DNA of 64,000 nt, from positions 96,001 through 160,000 of the forward strand of contig CAWABA010000005.1 in the NCBI GenBank assembly GCA_963780185.1. The letters run 5' to 3'. The translations under genes were made by a program, and so were the position numbers. How positions within the stretch are numbered: position 1 is the first letter of the stretch; the number at the start of each line of letters is the position of its first letter. This document shows, piece by piece, positions 12,642 through 22,609 of the stretch. The notes below the pieces were generated by a model, which did no database searches, was not told where the DNA came from, and worked only from the letters and a program-made list of their open reading frames with translations. The DNA comes from Candidatus Bathyarchaeota archaeon (GTDB lineage Archaea; Thermoproteota; Bathyarchaeia; Bathyarchaeales; Bathycorpusculaceae).

Positions 12642-13127
12642 ATGCCAAAATGGGGATACTCAGTAATTGACGAAATGCTCAACGAAGAAAAAACAGCGAA
12701 AGCAAGCGGTAGAGAACTTAAAGTATCCCATAAAGCATCGCGTGAGGTTTGCCACGCCATTAAAGGCATGATGTTGAGCAACGCGAAGCAGTATTTGCGT
12801 GATGTTCAAGCTAAAAAGAGATCTATTCCTTACATGAGATATAACAAGAAACTTCCCCACAGGCATGGGCAAGTTAACAGTTTTTCTGGAAGATACCCGA
12901 TTAAAGCATGCGGCATAATTCTGGGTATTTTGCAGTCAGCTCAGGCGAACGCTGAAAACAAAAGTTTAGATGTGGACCGCTTACGCATCATCCACGCAGC
13001 AGCTTACCAAGGCATCAAACTTAAACGGTTCAAGCCGAGAGCACAGGGCACGTCTTCGCCGAAATTTGACACAACAACACACATCGAAATAGTGCTCGAT
13101 GAAAAACCAACCTCAGGAGAAAAGTAA
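12642..13127 (+). CDS. rpl22: 50S ribosomal protein uL22
   Basis: MPKWGYS, GRYPIKA, PRAQG, HIEIVL. Confidence 0.95.
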   Translation: MPKWGYSVIDEMLNEEKTAKASGRELKVSHKASREVCHAIKGMMLSNAKQYLRDVQAKKRSIPYMRYNKKLPHRHGQVNSFSGRYPIKACGIILGILQSAQANAENKSLDVDRLRIIHAAAYQGIKLKRFKPRAQGTSSPKFDTTTHIEIVLDEKPTSGEK

Positions 13128-13901
13128 ATGAGTATAGTCAAACGTTTCATCACCGAATCAATCAAAAGAACAGAAATTGATGAATTCTTACAGAAAAAAC
13201 TCGACCGCGCCGGATACGGTGGAGTAAACATTTCTAAAACCCCGCTTGGAACCCACGTAGTTATCTACGCGATGCGTCCAGGCTTAGTTATCGGCAGAGG
13301 CGGAGAAACAATCAAGGAACTTGCCTCATCGCTGGAACAAAACTTCAAAGTAACCAACCCACAAATTTCAGTTTCTGAAATTGAAGTTCCCGAATTCAAC
13401 GCCTACGTCATTGCATCACGTGTCGCCTCAGCGCTTCAACGAGGTGTTCACTTTAGGCGAGCTGGTTTTTGGGCGCTCAACCAAGTTATGGAAGCAGGCG
13501 CACTTGGCGCTGAAATAGTTATCAGCGGAAAACTTACCACTGAACGAGCCCGGTTCGAAAAGTTTCGTGCAGGCTACTTCCCACGCTGCGGAGAACCAGC
13601 ACTGGTTGCGATGAAAAAAGCTGAAGCTCACGTTCAACTTAAGCCAGGCATCATTGGAGTAAGAGTAAAAATCATGCCTCCAGACGCAGTATTCCCAGAC
13701 AGAATAAAAATTCTTACGGCAGCGCCAGCGGAAGAAACCGCGGCAGTTGCAGAGCAAGCCCCGCCAGCAGAGGCGCAGGAAGTTCAAACTGAACAGGAAG
13801 CAGAGGTTGCAGAAGAGCAAACCGTGCAGACAAAAGAGGTTCAGGATGAAGCGAAACCTGAGGCGGAACCCGAACCGAAAGCTGAGGAGGCAAAAGAGTA
13901 A
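13128..13901 (+). CDS. rps3: 30S ribosomal protein uS3 with an acidic C-terminal tail
   Basis: RPGLVIGRGG KH motif, GIIGVRVKIM. Confidence 0.96.
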   Translation: MSIVKRFITESIKRTEIDEFLQKKLDRAGYGGVNISKTPLGTHVVIYAMRPGLVIGRGGETIKELASSLEQNFKVTNPQISVSEIEVPEFNAYVIASRVASALQRGVHFRRAGFWALNQVMEAGALGAEIVISGKLTTERARFEKFRAGYFPRCGEPALVAMKKAEAHVQLKPGIIGVRVKIMPPDAVFPDRIKILTAAPAEETAAVAEQAPPAEAQEVQTEQEAEVAEEQTVQTKEVQDEAKPEAEPEPKAEEAKE

Positions 13902-14218
13902 TGGCGATAATTCGTCTTAAAGAAATTCAAGGCATGTCTTCAGACGACAGGTCAAAGAAACTTGTCGAATTACGTGCTGAACTCGCCCGCATAAAGACAA
14001 TGGTCAAAGCAGGCGGCGCAGTCGAAAACCCAACAAGAACACGCGAGATCCGCAAAACAATCGCACAGATACTTACAGTGGAAAACGAAATCAAACTCGG
14101 CATACGCAAAGGCGCTGAGAAAGTTGAGGAGCAGCCGAAGAAAAAAGCTGAGGCACCTGAGAAGGTAGAGAAGAAGCCTAAGGCTAAGAAAGACACCGAG
14201 GAGACTGCGGCTCAATGA
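13901..14218 (+). CDS. rpl29: 50S ribosomal protein uL29 with a Lys/Glu-rich tail
   Basis: ENPTRTREIRKTIAQILT; operon position. Confidence 0.92.
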   Translation: MAIIRLKEIQGMSSDDRSKKLVELRAELARIKTMVKAGGAVENPTRTREIRKTIAQILTVENEIKLGIRKGAEKVEEQPKKKAEAPEKVEKKPKAKKDTEETAAQ

Positions 14219-14496
14219 AAGTAACCCCGGACATTATCACTTACGAATTTATTGGTCGTAAAGGCTTCGTCGCCCAAAGCCCGCATCTAGATTACGTCGG
14301 CGTCGGCGGCAAAGTAATTGAGGAAACAAGAAACACCTTCACTTTCCTTGGCGAAGGTCTAAAGCGAAGCGTAATCAAGGAATCAGCCATCTTCAACTTT
14401 GATTTTGACGATGGCACAGTTGTTCAGATTGACGGTAAACTCTTAGTTGGCAGAACAGAGGACCGACTTAAAAAAAGCGTTAAGAGGTTATGGTAA
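14215..14496 (+). CDS. rnp1: Ribonuclease P protein component 1 (Rpp29/Pop4)
   Basis: GKVIEETRNT, IDGKLLVGRTEDRLK; conserved position between rpl29 and rps17. Confidence 0.9.
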   Translation: MKVTPDIITYEFIGRKGFVAQSPHLDYVGVGGKVIEETRNTFTFLGEGLKRSVIKESAIFNFDFDDGTVVQIDGKLLVGRTEDRLKKSVKRLW

Positions 14497-14816
14497 TGTC
14501 AATGACTTTTAAGCAACCTAAAAAAACATGTGACGACCGAAACTGTCCATTCCACGGAACTCTTGCAATAAGAGGACGTATCCTTGACGGCATAGTTCAC
14601 ACATCAAAAATGGATAAGACAGTCATAGTAGATAGAGAATTCCTGCAATTCGCCTCAAAATTCCAAAGGTACGAGCGAAGACACGGTCACATCCCATCAC
14701 ACAACCCACCCTGCATCGACGTCAAAGAAGGCGACCGAGTGAGAATCGCAGAGTGCAGACCAATCAGCAAAACCGTTTCATTTGTTGTTGTAGAAAAACT
14801 AGGAGAGGAAAAGTAG
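14496..14816 (+). CDS. rps17: 30S ribosomal protein uS17
   Basis: CDDRNCPFHG, ECRPISKT. Confidence 0.95.
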   Translation: MSMTFKQPKKTCDDRNCPFHGTLAIRGRILDGIVHTSKMDKTVIVDREFLQFASKFQRYERRHGHIPSHNPPCIDVKEGDRVRIAECRPISKTVSFVVVEKLGEEK

Positions 14817-14817
14817 A

Positions 14818-15258
14818 ATGGCGGCTAAAGCGAAACAGAGAGCACTCGTTGCAAAAGGAATGCTTTCACACGGAAACAAAATCAGTCGTGGCCTACTGTC
14901 AGGTTCAGAACTGCGTTGCGCCGATAACACTGGTGCACGTGTCCTGCGTTTGATCCAAGCCATGGGCTACAAAGGCAGGCTTCGACGTTACCCCTCAGCA
15001 ACGGTAGGCGACAAAGTCACCGTTTCAGTTAGGCAAGGGTCACCCGACATGAGGAAAAAGATTTTCCAAGCCGTCATTGTCCGCCAAAGAAAAACTTTCA
15101 GACGCGTCGACGGTGTCTGGGTACAGTTTGAAGATAACGCAGCAGTAATCATCACTCCTGAAGGCGAAATGAAAGGTTCAGAGATAAGAGGTCCAGTAGC
15201 GAGAGAGGCAGCTGAAAGATGGCCACGAATCGCAAGTGCCTCAAGTATCATAGTGTAG
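14818..15258 (+). CDS. rpl14: 50S ribosomal protein uL14
   Basis: CADNTGA, FEDNAAVI, GPVAREAA. Confidence 0.96.
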   Translation: MAAKAKQRALVAKGMLSHGNKISRGLLSGSELRCADNTGARVLRLIQAMGYKGRLRRYPSATVGDKVTVSVRQGSPDMRKKIFQAVIVRQRKTFRRVDGVWVQFEDNAAVIITPEGEMKGSEIRGPVAREAAERWPRIASASSIIV

Positions 15259-15268
15259 GTGCAAGATT

Positions 15269-16084
15269 ATGCAGAAGACAAAACGTGTAAAAAATCCGGG
15301 CAAACAAAGAAAGAGACTCTTTAACGCTCCTGCCCACATACGCCACAAGCTAATGTCAGCCCCGCTTTCAAGCGAGCTTGCTGCTTCAAGAGGCGCCAAA
15401 ACTCTTCCAGTCAGAAAAGGCGACACAGTTCGCATCATGAGAGGCGACAACAAAGGGTTCGAAGGCAAAGTTTCACGCGTCGCCCTAAAAGAATATCGAA
15501 TTTACATGGAAGGATTAACACGGGAAAAAGTCGACGGAACAAACATTTTCCTTCCAATCCACCCATCTAAAGTTCAGATAAGAAACCTCAACCTCGACGA
15601 CAAATGGCGGAAAGACATTCTTGCCCGAAAGAAAGAAGTAGAAAAGCCAGAAAAAGAAGCAAAACCGAAAGCCGCAGCGCCAAAGAAAGCCAAAGAAGCT
15701 CCAGCCAAACCAGAAGAAAAAATCGAGGAAGTCGAAGAAGAAGCCATGCCTGAAGAGAAAGAAGAAGCTCCCGCCGAAACAGTTCCAGAAGTTGAGGAAG
15801 CACCCACTGAGGCTCCAGCGGAAAAGAAACCACGCGCAAAGAAGCCTGCAGAGGCAAAAGCTGCAACCGAAAAAACCGCAGCTAAAAAAGAAGAAGTTCC
15901 AGAAGAAAAAGTAACCGAAGCCGCTCCAGCAATGAAAGAAAAGGCGCCTGCTAAGAAAGCAGCAAAGCCCAAGGCTGAAGCGAAGAAAACCGTTAAACCG
16001 AAAGAAGAAGCACCCGCCAAAAAGGCGGCGGCTAAACCGCGTGCCAAACCAAAAGCTTCCACGGAAGCTGAAGGAGGACAATAA
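15269..16084 (+). CDS. rpl24: 50S ribosomal protein uL24 with a ~150-aa K/E/A/P-rich extension
   Basis: KQRKRLFNAPAH, VRKGDTVRIMRG KOW, IHPSKV. Confidence 0.93.
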   Translation: MQKTKRVKNPGKQRKRLFNAPAHIRHKLMSAPLSSELAASRGAKTLPVRKGDTVRIMRGDNKGFEGKVSRVALKEYRIYMEGLTREKVDGTNIFLPIHPSKVQIRNLNLDDKWRKDILARKKEVEKPEKEAKPKAAAPKKAKEAPAKPEEKIEEVEEEAMPEEKEEAPAETVPEVEEAPTEAPAEKKPRAKKPAEAKAATEKTAAKKEEVPEEKVTEAAPAMKEKAPAKKAAKPKAEAKKTVKPKEEAPAKKAAAKPRAKPKASTEAEGGQ

Positions 16085-16086
16085 TT

Positions 16087-16851
16087 TTGGGTAAAAAAGG
16101 AAAAACTGCAAGATTGAAACGTAAGCCAGCTCCAAGATTCTGGCCAATTCACAGGAAAGAACTGCCTTGGATAGTGAAGCCCTCGTCAGGTTCACATTCA
16201 CTTGAAAGCTGTTTGCCTTTAACGTTGGTTCTACGAGACATTTTGGGCGTTGCACAGACACGCAAAGAAGCCAAGATGATTCTGTCAGAAGGCAAAGTGC
16301 TGGTTGACGGAAAAATCCGCAGAAAAGACGATTTCCCAGTAGGCTTAATGGACGTTATCTCAATGCCTACCGCTGACAAATACTATCGAGTATTGCCATC
16401 TCACAAAGGGCTAGTTTTGAACCCCATCAGCAAGGAAGAAGCAAACTTCAAGCTGCTACGCGTCGAAGACAAAACAACCGTTGAAAACGGCGTCCAAGTC
16501 GCGTTGCACGACGGAACAAACATGCTTGTGAAGCTTGCAGACCCCAAAAAATCCAACGAAGTCCCATACGAAACATTTGACATCCTAAAGGTTACCTATC
16601 CAGACAAACAAGTTGTGTCCACTTTGAAAACAAAGGAAGGAAACTTGGCTGTGATTACTGGCGGAAAAAACGCGGGCAAAAACGGCAAAATTGTTGAGAT
16701 AGAAAAAACCGAAGCAAAAAAGAGACGCCAAGCACTAGTAGTCATTGAAGACGCGAAAGGCATTCGTTACCAAACCATCATGGACTTCATATTTTCCATA
16801 GGCGAAACCGAACCAATCATAGGCTTAGTGGAGGTAAACGCAGTTGTCTGA
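16087..16851 (+). CDS. rps4e: 30S ribosomal protein eS4
   Basis: LKRKPAPRFWPI, FPVGLMDVI, ITGGKNAG. Confidence 0.95.
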   Translation: MGKKGKTARLKRKPAPRFWPIHRKELPWIVKPSSGSHSLESCLPLTLVLRDILGVAQTRKEAKMILSEGKVLVDGKIRRKDDFPVGLMDVISMPTADKYYRVLPSHKGLVLNPISKEEANFKLLRVEDKTTVENGVQVALHDGTNMLVKLADPKKSNEVPYETFDILKVTYPDKQVVSTLKTKEGNLAVITGGKNAGKNGKIVEIEKTEAKKRRQALVVIEDAKGIRYQTIMDFIFSIGETEPIIGLVEVNAVV

Positions 16852-17386
16852 GGATGAAGCAATAATTAAGAATTGGGAAGAGCATCCGATGCTTACACCC
16901 CGCATCGAAAAAGTCGTGGTTAACCTTAACGTCGGAAAATCAGGCGAACCCCTCGAAAAAGCTAACAAAGTACTAAAAGAAATCACCGGTCAAACCCCTG
17001 TCAAGAAAAAAGCAAAGAAAACCATCAGGGACTTCGGCATACGCGAAGGCGAATCCATCGCGGTTGTCGTAACCTTACGAAAGCAGGCAGCCATCGATTT
17101 CCTAAAGAAGGTCCTTCCCGTCGTGGACAACAAGGTCTCTAAAACAGCCTTTGATCTGCGAGGTAACTTTGCCTTCGGCCTCAAAGAACACATTGAAATT
17201 CCAGGCGTAAAATATGACCCTGAAATCGGAATCTTCGGCATGGACATATGCGTAACGGTTAATCGTGCTGGTCAACGGGTAAAGATTCGAAGGAAACAGA
17301 AGCAGCCTGTCGGCGCAAGCCACATGCTAACACCTGAAGAATCAATCGTTTTCATCAAACGAACATTAGGAGTAGAAATCGAATAG
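16844..17386 (+). CDS. rpl5: 50S ribosomal protein uL5
   Basis: [25 protein letters not shown]. Confidence 0.96.
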   Translation: MSEDEAIIKNWEEHPMLTPRIEKVVVNLNVGKSGEPLEKANKVLKEITGQTPVKKKAKKTIRDFGIREGESIAVVVTLRKQAAIDFLKKVLPVVDNKVSKTAFDLRGNFAFGLKEHIEIPGVKYDPEIGIFGMDICVTVNRAGQRVKIRRKQKQPVGASHMLTPEESIVFIKRTLGVEIE

Positions 17387-17403
17387 GCACAGAGGATGAA
17401 TGT

Positions 17404-17568
17404 ATGGGAAAAGAGCAAGTTAAGAAAGTGCGAAAATACGGCAAAGGTTCAAGACCCTGCGTAAGATGCGGCTCGTATGGACCAGTCATTCGACGGTACA
17501 ATTTATATTTATGTAGGCACTGTTTCAGGGAAGCAGCCCCGAAACTTGGATTCAAGAAATATGAGTAG
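17404..17568 (+). CDS. rps14: 30S ribosomal protein uS14 (Zn-binding); not in the ORF track
   Basis: Manual translation [54 protein letters not shown]. Confidence 0.95.
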   Translation: MGKEQVKKVRKYGKGSRPCVRCGSYGPVIRRYNLYLCRHCFREAAPKLGFKKYE

Positions 17569-17579
17569 GAGCTAAAAAC

Positions 17580-17963
17580 ATGGATACTTTAACGAATGGT
17601 TTGATAACCATCATAAACAACGAAATGCGAAATAAACGTGAATGCATAATTAGCCCTGCTTCTAAGCTTTTAGGGCGAGTCCTGCGCATAATGCAGCTGA
17701 ACGGGTACATAGGCGAATTCGAGTTCATCGACGATGGACGCCAAGGCAAATTCAAAGTTCAACTGCTAGGCAGAATAAACAAGTGTGGACCAATCAAGCC
17801 ACGGTACCCCGCCAAAGTAGGCGAATTTGAAGATTGGGAAAAGAAATACCTGCCATCCAGAGACGTCGGAATCATGGTTGTCTCAACATCCAAAGGCGTA
17901 ATCGCTCACAGAGACGCTGAAGAAAAGAATCTTGGAGGAAGGCTACTAGCCTTCGTATATTAG
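17580..17963 (+). CDS. rps8: 30S ribosomal protein uS8
   Basis: [22 protein letters not shown]. Confidence 0.96.
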   Translation: MDTLTNGLITIINNEMRNKRECIISPASKLLGRVLRIMQLNGYIGEFEFIDDGRQGKFKVQLLGRINKCGPIKPRYPAKVGEFEDWEKKYLPSRDVGIMVVSTSKGVIAHRDAEEKNLGGRLLAFVY

Positions 17964-17974
17964 AGGTGCAATTT

Positions 17975-18520
17975 ATGCGGCTTCCAGAAATATCAAAAAC
18001 GATTCAGGTTCCCGATAACGTAGACGTCAAAATGGACGGCAAAAAGATAAGCATCAAGGGCGCAAAAGGATCTTTAACACGTGACTTCACGTTTGCACAA
18101 ATCTCAATAGAAGGCGAAGGCAAAAACATCCGCATATGGGCAAAGTGGCCACGCAAAAAGGAAGCTGCTCTCGTAGGAACAATCCACTCACACATCCAAA
18201 ACATGATAACCGGCGTAACAAAAGGCTACCAATACAAGCTGAAAATAGTCTTCTCCCACTTTCCAATCACCGTGAAAGTCCAAGGCAAAGAAATCCTAAT
18301 CGAAAACTTCACTGGCGAACGAAGAGAACGCCGAATAAAAACCTTAGGCGACGTCAAAATCAAGATTGAACCCGACGACATCATCGTCGAAGGCGCCAAT
18401 CTGGAAGACGTAAGCCAAACCGCCGCCAACATCGAGCAAGCCACCCGCGTAAGAAACAAAGACCCCAGAGTTTTCCTTGACGGCATATACGTTTATGAAA
18501 GAAACGAGGGAGTAGCCTAA
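17975..18520 (+). CDS. rpl6: 50S ribosomal protein uL6
   Basis: NMITGVTKG, SHFPI, DPRVFLDGIY. Confidence 0.96.
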   Translation: MRLPEISKTIQVPDNVDVKMDGKKISIKGAKGSLTRDFTFAQISIEGEGKNIRIWAKWPRKKEAALVGTIHSHIQNMITGVTKGYQYKLKIVFSHFPITVKVQGKEILIENFTGERRERRIKTLGDVKIKIEPDDIIVEGANLEDVSQTAANIEQATRVRNKDPRVFLDGIYVYERNEGVA

Positions 18521-19203
18521 TGGCAACAGAAAAAACAGAAAAGAGACTTAAACTTTCACGCGAAGCTCTAAGACTTAGAGCACGCCAAAGAAACAAGAAA
18601 CCCTCCTTCGTGAGAGCTGAAAGCTGGAAATATGACAGATTCAGTTTAAGCTGGCGAAGACCCCGAGGATTAGACAACAAGATCCGCCGAAAAATCAAGG
18701 GTTGGCCGCCAGGTTCATGCACTGGCTACAAGGGTCCAAAAATCGCCAGGGGACTGCATCCTTCAGGTTACAGAGAAGTTATAGTTTTCAACGTTGCCGA
18801 CTTATCCAAAGTTGACCCCACCATTCAAGCCGCACGCATAGCACACACCGTAGGCAAAAGAAAACGCGCCACAATCATCGCCGAAGCCAAGAACCTTAAA
18901 ATCAAAATCTTAAACATCAAAGTTACCGCAGCGGTTGAAAAGAAAGAGGGCGAAGAAGAGCCAACTGAAGAAAACACTGGGGAGAAAACCTCCGAGGAAA
19001 TCTGGGAAGAGGCAACGAAAGAAGGAGAAAAGGAAGAAGCTTCCGAGGGTGAAGAGGAAACAAAAGAAGCGGAGACGGAAGAAGAACCAGAAGAAGCCGC
19101 ACCTGAAGAAGAAGTGAAAGAAAAGCCCAAGAAAAGCAAAACAACCAAGAAATCCAAGTCTAAAAAAGACACGGAGAAAGTTGAAGGAGAAGAAGAACAA
19201 TGA
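18520..19203 (+). CDS. rpl32e: 50S ribosomal protein eL32 with an acidic extension
   Basis: WRRPRGLDNKIR, RGLHPSG, IAHTVGKRKR. Confidence 0.94.
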   Translation: MATEKTEKRLKLSREALRLRARQRNKKPSFVRAESWKYDRFSLSWRRPRGLDNKIRRKIKGWPPGSCTGYKGPKIARGLHPSGYREVIVFNVADLSKVDPTIQAARIAHTVGKRKRATIIAEAKNLKIKILNIKVTAAVEKKEGEEEPTEENTGEKTSEEIWEEATKEGEKEEASEGEEETKEAETEEEPEEAAPEEEVKEKPKKSKTTKKSKSKKDTEKVEGEEEQ

Positions 19204-19655
19204 CTAACCTAACCAGTCAAAGGCGTTTAGCATCTCAAATCTTGAAAATCGGGAAAAACCGCGTATGGATAAACCCCGAATTTCTCGATGACGTTGAAGG
19301 CGCAATTACACGTGAAGAAGTTAGAAAGCTAATCCATGAAAGAGTTATCATTTCTATGCCTGAGGTAGGAGTAAGCAGGTCAAGAGCAAAAGTCATCCGA
19401 AGCAAAAAAGCCAAAGGCAGAAGAAGCGGACCCGGCTGCGTAACCGGAGCGGCACACGCAAAAGTAACCAAAAAAGAAGCTTGGATGATAAGGATTAGAT
19501 CTCTAAGACGCAAGCTTCGCGAGTTAAAGGCAGCCAGAACCATAACAGAAGAAACATACAGCCAATACTATCGTATGGCTGGCAGCGGCAGATTCCAGTC
19601 AATAGCTGAACTGGAACGTAATCTAAAAGCTAACGATTTATGGAGGAAACGTTAA
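19200..19655 (+). CDS. rpl19e: 50S ribosomal protein eL19
   Basis: QRRLASQIL, RVWINP, WMIRIRSLRR. Confidence 0.95.
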   Translation: MTNLTSQRRLASQILKIGKNRVWINPEFLDDVEGAITREEVRKLIHERVIISMPEVGVSRSRAKVIRSKKAKGRRSGPGCVTGAAHAKVTKKEAWMIRIRSLRRKLRELKAARTITEETYSQYYRMAGSGRFQSIAELERNLKANDLWRKR

Positions 19656-19656
19656 G

Positions 19657-20487
19657 TTGGCGAAAACAGGCCATTACCGAGTAAAATTAAGGCGCAGACG
19701 AGAAGGAAAAACTGATTACCAAGCACGCAAAGCTCTGGTATCTTCCAGAAAGCCTCGGCTTATCACACGCGCTTCACTAAAAAACATCACAGTACAAATA
19801 GCCCTTGCGAAACCATCAGGAGACGAAGTGTTAGCCGCAGCTAACAGCCGGGAACTAACCAAAACCTACGGCTGGAGAGCTCCAACAGGCAACATTTCAT
19901 CCGCGTACCTGACAGGGTATCTTTGCGGGTTAAAAGCGAAGGCTGCAGGCATAAAAGAAGCCGTCTTAGACATCGGCTTAACTGCTCCAACTAAAGGCGC
20001 CAAAGTTTTCGCTGCCCTAAGCGGAGTTGTGGATGCCGGCGTGGATGTTCCCCACAGCGAAGAAAAAATCGTTAAGGAACGCATGAAAGGCGAACACATA
20101 GCAAAATACGCTAAAAGCCTCGGCGTAGGCTCAGACGAGTACAACGCAAAATTCTCACAGTACATCGCTCAGGGTTTAGCTCCAGAAAAGCTTCCTGAAC
20201 ACTTCAGCAAAGTCAAAGCCGACATCTTAACCGTTTCAAAAGGCGGCAAAATCACAATCGAAGCACCAACCAAAAAAGCTCCAGTTGCCAAAGCTGCGCC
20301 AGCGAAAGTTCCCGAAAAAGTCGAAGAAGCCAAAGAGGAACCCAAAGCAAAAAAAGCCCCCGCAAAGAAACCAGCCGCAGCCAAGAAGGCTCCCGCTAAA
20401 AAAGCTGCAAAGCCAAAGGCTGCCCCGAAAGCAGCCAAGGAACCTGCCAAAGCAAAGGCAAGTAAGAAAGGTGGAAAGAAAGCATGA
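19657..20487 (+). CDS. rpl18: 50S ribosomal protein uL18 with a K/A/P-rich extension
   Basis: RRRREGKTDY, AYLTG, LDIGL. Confidence 0.94.
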   Translation: MAKTGHYRVKLRRRREGKTDYQARKALVSSRKPRLITRASLKNITVQIALAKPSGDEVLAAANSRELTKTYGWRAPTGNISSAYLTGYLCGLKAKAAGIKEAVLDIGLTAPTKGAKVFAALSGVVDAGVDVPHSEEKIVKERMKGEHIAKYAKSLGVGSDEYNAKFSQYIAQGLAPEKLPEHFSKVKADILTVSKGGKITIEAPTKKAPVAKAAPAKVPEKVEEAKEEPKAKKAPAKKPAAAKKAPAKKAAKPKAAPKAAKEPAKAKASKKGGKKA

Positions 20488-21131
20488 GTCAAAGGCAAGG
20501 ACGAGATAGACAAAGTAACCTGGAAGCATGGGTACCGAAAACCCGTTTGGGCAAACTAATCCAGGAAGGCAAAATAACAACGATAGAAGACGTCTTCCTA
20601 AGCGGCATAAAAATCTCCGAAGCCCAAATCGTGGATTCCCTGATTCCTGACCTACAGGAAGAAGTCATAAACGTTAACCTAGTACAGAAACAAACTGACG
20701 CAGGCGAAAAAAGCCGATTCAAAGCCATCGTCGCAGTAGGAAACAGAGACGGCTACATCGGGTTAGGCTCAGGAAAAGCCAGCCAAGTGCGAAACGCCAT
20801 CGAAAAAGCAGCCGCCAACGCCCGCCTAAACATCGTTCCAGTGAAACGTGGATGCGGAAGTTGGGAATGCGGATGCGGCAAACCACATTCAGTGCCTTTC
20901 CAAGTGGAAGGTAAATGTGGCGGAGTCCGAGTTATCATTGTGCCGGGACCCAGAGGCTTAGGTTTGGTTTCAAGCGAAGTAGCCAAAGTCATCTTGGGCT
21001 TAGCAGGAGTCAAAGACCTCTGGATGAGAAGCTACGGCTCAACAAGAACCGTGCCCTCCTACGCAGGCGCAATCTTCGACGGATTAAAGAAAACATACTA
21101 CTTGATTACTCAAGCAGACTGGGTGAGATAA
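20484..21131 (+). CDS. rps5: 30S ribosomal protein uS5
   Basis: WVPKTRLG, VQKQTDAGE, GCGSWECGC. Confidence 0.96.
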   Translation: MSQRQGRDRQSNLEAWVPKTRLGKLIQEGKITTIEDVFLSGIKISEAQIVDSLIPDLQEEVINVNLVQKQTDAGEKSRFKAIVAVGNRDGYIGLGSGKASQVRNAIEKAAANARLNIVPVKRGCGSWECGCGKPHSVPFQVEGKCGGVRVIIVPGPRGLGLVSSEVAKVILGLAGVKDLWMRSYGSTRTVPSYAGAIFDGLKKTYYLITQADWVR

Positions 21132-21132
21132 A

Positions 21133-21621
21133 ATGGCGCAGAAAAGTGAACCATGCAAATGCATCGTAGTCGTTAAAGTTCGGGGAACAGTAAGCGCACA
21201 GAAAGAAACACGAGAAACCCTAGAACTGCTCCATCTCTCGCACACTAACCACGCAATGCTCATCGACAGCCGCCCAGACTACCTTGGAATGCTGCAACGC
21301 GTAGGCAACTACGTAACCTGGGGCGAACCCACAGCAGAAGTCGTATCCGCCATGCTTCAGAAACGCGCGAAACTGGCAGGCGGCAAAAAACTCACCGAAG
21401 AATACATCCAAAAGCAAGGCTACAAATCCTTCGACGACTTAGCCGAAGCCATCATAAACTGCAAAGTCGCATACCAAAAACTACCCGACACACAACCCGT
21501 CTTCAGACTGCATCCGCCAAGCAAAGGCTACAAAGGCAAAACCAAGAAAAGCTTCAAAGCAGGCGGCGAATCAGGCTACCGCGGAGAAGCAATAAACGCA
21601 CTAGTAAAACGCATGATATAA
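21133..21621 (+). CDS. rpl30: 50S ribosomal protein uL30 (archaeal long form)
   Basis: YVTWGE, FRLHPPSKG, GYRGEAIN. Confidence 0.95.
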   Translation: MAQKSEPCKCIVVVKVRGTVSAQKETRETLELLHLSHTNHAMLIDSRPDYLGMLQRVGNYVTWGEPTAEVVSAMLQKRAKLAGGKKLTEEYIQKQGYKSFDDLAEAIINCKVAYQKLPDTQPVFRLHPPSKGYKGKTKKSFKAGGESGYRGEAINALVKRMI

Positions 21622-21733
21622 TCTGCGTTAATCATCATTTCCTTTTTGTTGTTGTTTTCTCTGGCAAATCTTAAATTCCAACGGTTATTATACACGTATG
21701 GCTAAGAGAAAGATTTGCGTTTGGGGTTCGTAA

Positions 21734-22282
21734 ATGAAAAAAACCACGATTATCGTTGAGGGCTGGATACAAAACATCGGCTACAGGACTTTCGTGAAAC
21801 AAGTTGCAGTGAACCTCGGCGTAAAGGGTCTCGTTAGAAATTTATCCAATGGAAAAGTTGAAATTTTCTGCGAAGCTGGCTCGTCGAAGATTGAGGAATT
21901 TGAACGGAAAATCAGTTACAAGGGAAAGAAGAATGATCCCTTGAGCGTATACGTTGAAAATTTGGCTGTTCATGCAGAAGGCGAAAAAGGATATCTTGGA
22001 CCTTGGAAGGAATACTCAGATTTCGAAATTGACTATGGCTTTGAAATTCAATCGCCCGTTGATCGTGCAATGCTAGAGAACTTGGAAAGCGGCAAGATTT
22101 TTGTCGTTTCATCGAACGATAAAATCAGTGCGTTGACTGATCAATTTTCTATGTTTAGGCAGGAAACGAACGGTAACTTTGGAAAAATGGAGGAAAAATA
22201 CGGGTCAATTTCTGAAGAAATGAAGAAAATGCGAACTGTGCTAGAAAAGCTAGCCGACGCCTACGTTGAACGCCAGAAATAG
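21734..22282 (+). CDS. Acylphosphatase-domain protein with a C-terminal coiled coil
   Basis: GWIQNIGYR, GLVRNLSNGKVE; tail KYGSISEEMKKM. Confidence 0.8.
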   Translation: MKKTTIIVEGWIQNIGYRTFVKQVAVNLGVKGLVRNLSNGKVEIFCEAGSSKIEEFERKISYKGKKNDPLSVYVENLAVHAEGEKGYLGPWKEYSDFEIDYGFEIQSPVDRAMLENLESGKIFVVSSNDKISALTDQFSMFRQETNGNFGKMEEKYGSISEEMKKMRTVLEKLADAYVERQK

Positions 22283-22311
22283 CGTCGAATAATGAGTTTT
22301 TTACAAGTGGC

Positions 22312-22473
22312 TTAGCGGCTTCCTTCGGGTTTTGGTCCAGGGTTGGGGTCAGGTTCGGGTTCTGGCTCAGGATTCGGTTCAGGGAAAGGGGTAGGCGGCT
22401 CCTCCGGCAAAACATACGCTTCAACCTGCCCACAAGAAAACGACACATCTAAAGTCAAACTTCTCAAAATCAA
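22312..22473 (-). CDS. Possible small Pro/Glu-repeat peptide
   Basis: Manual translation from TTG: ...YVLPEEPPTPFPEPNPEPEPEPDPNPGPKPEGSR*. Confidence 0.35.
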   Translation of the reverse strand: MILRSLTLDVSFSCGQVEAYVLPEEPPTPFPEPNPEPEPEPDPNPGPKPEGSR

Positions 22474-22609
22474 ACACCGATAATTGTATTGTTGCGTGTG
22501 TCTAAAAAACTAGCCGTTTGGACACAACAGAAATGTGTGCAACCAACTTTATCCAATTTCAGGATAAACCCAGTTAGAAAGCATGGGACGAGAAAGGCTT
22601 ATCTTTTTC

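Noticed and set aside
15515-20580. Long antisense Phe/Ser-rich ORFs
   Set aside because: Shadows of the Lys/Glu-rich ribosomal protein tails
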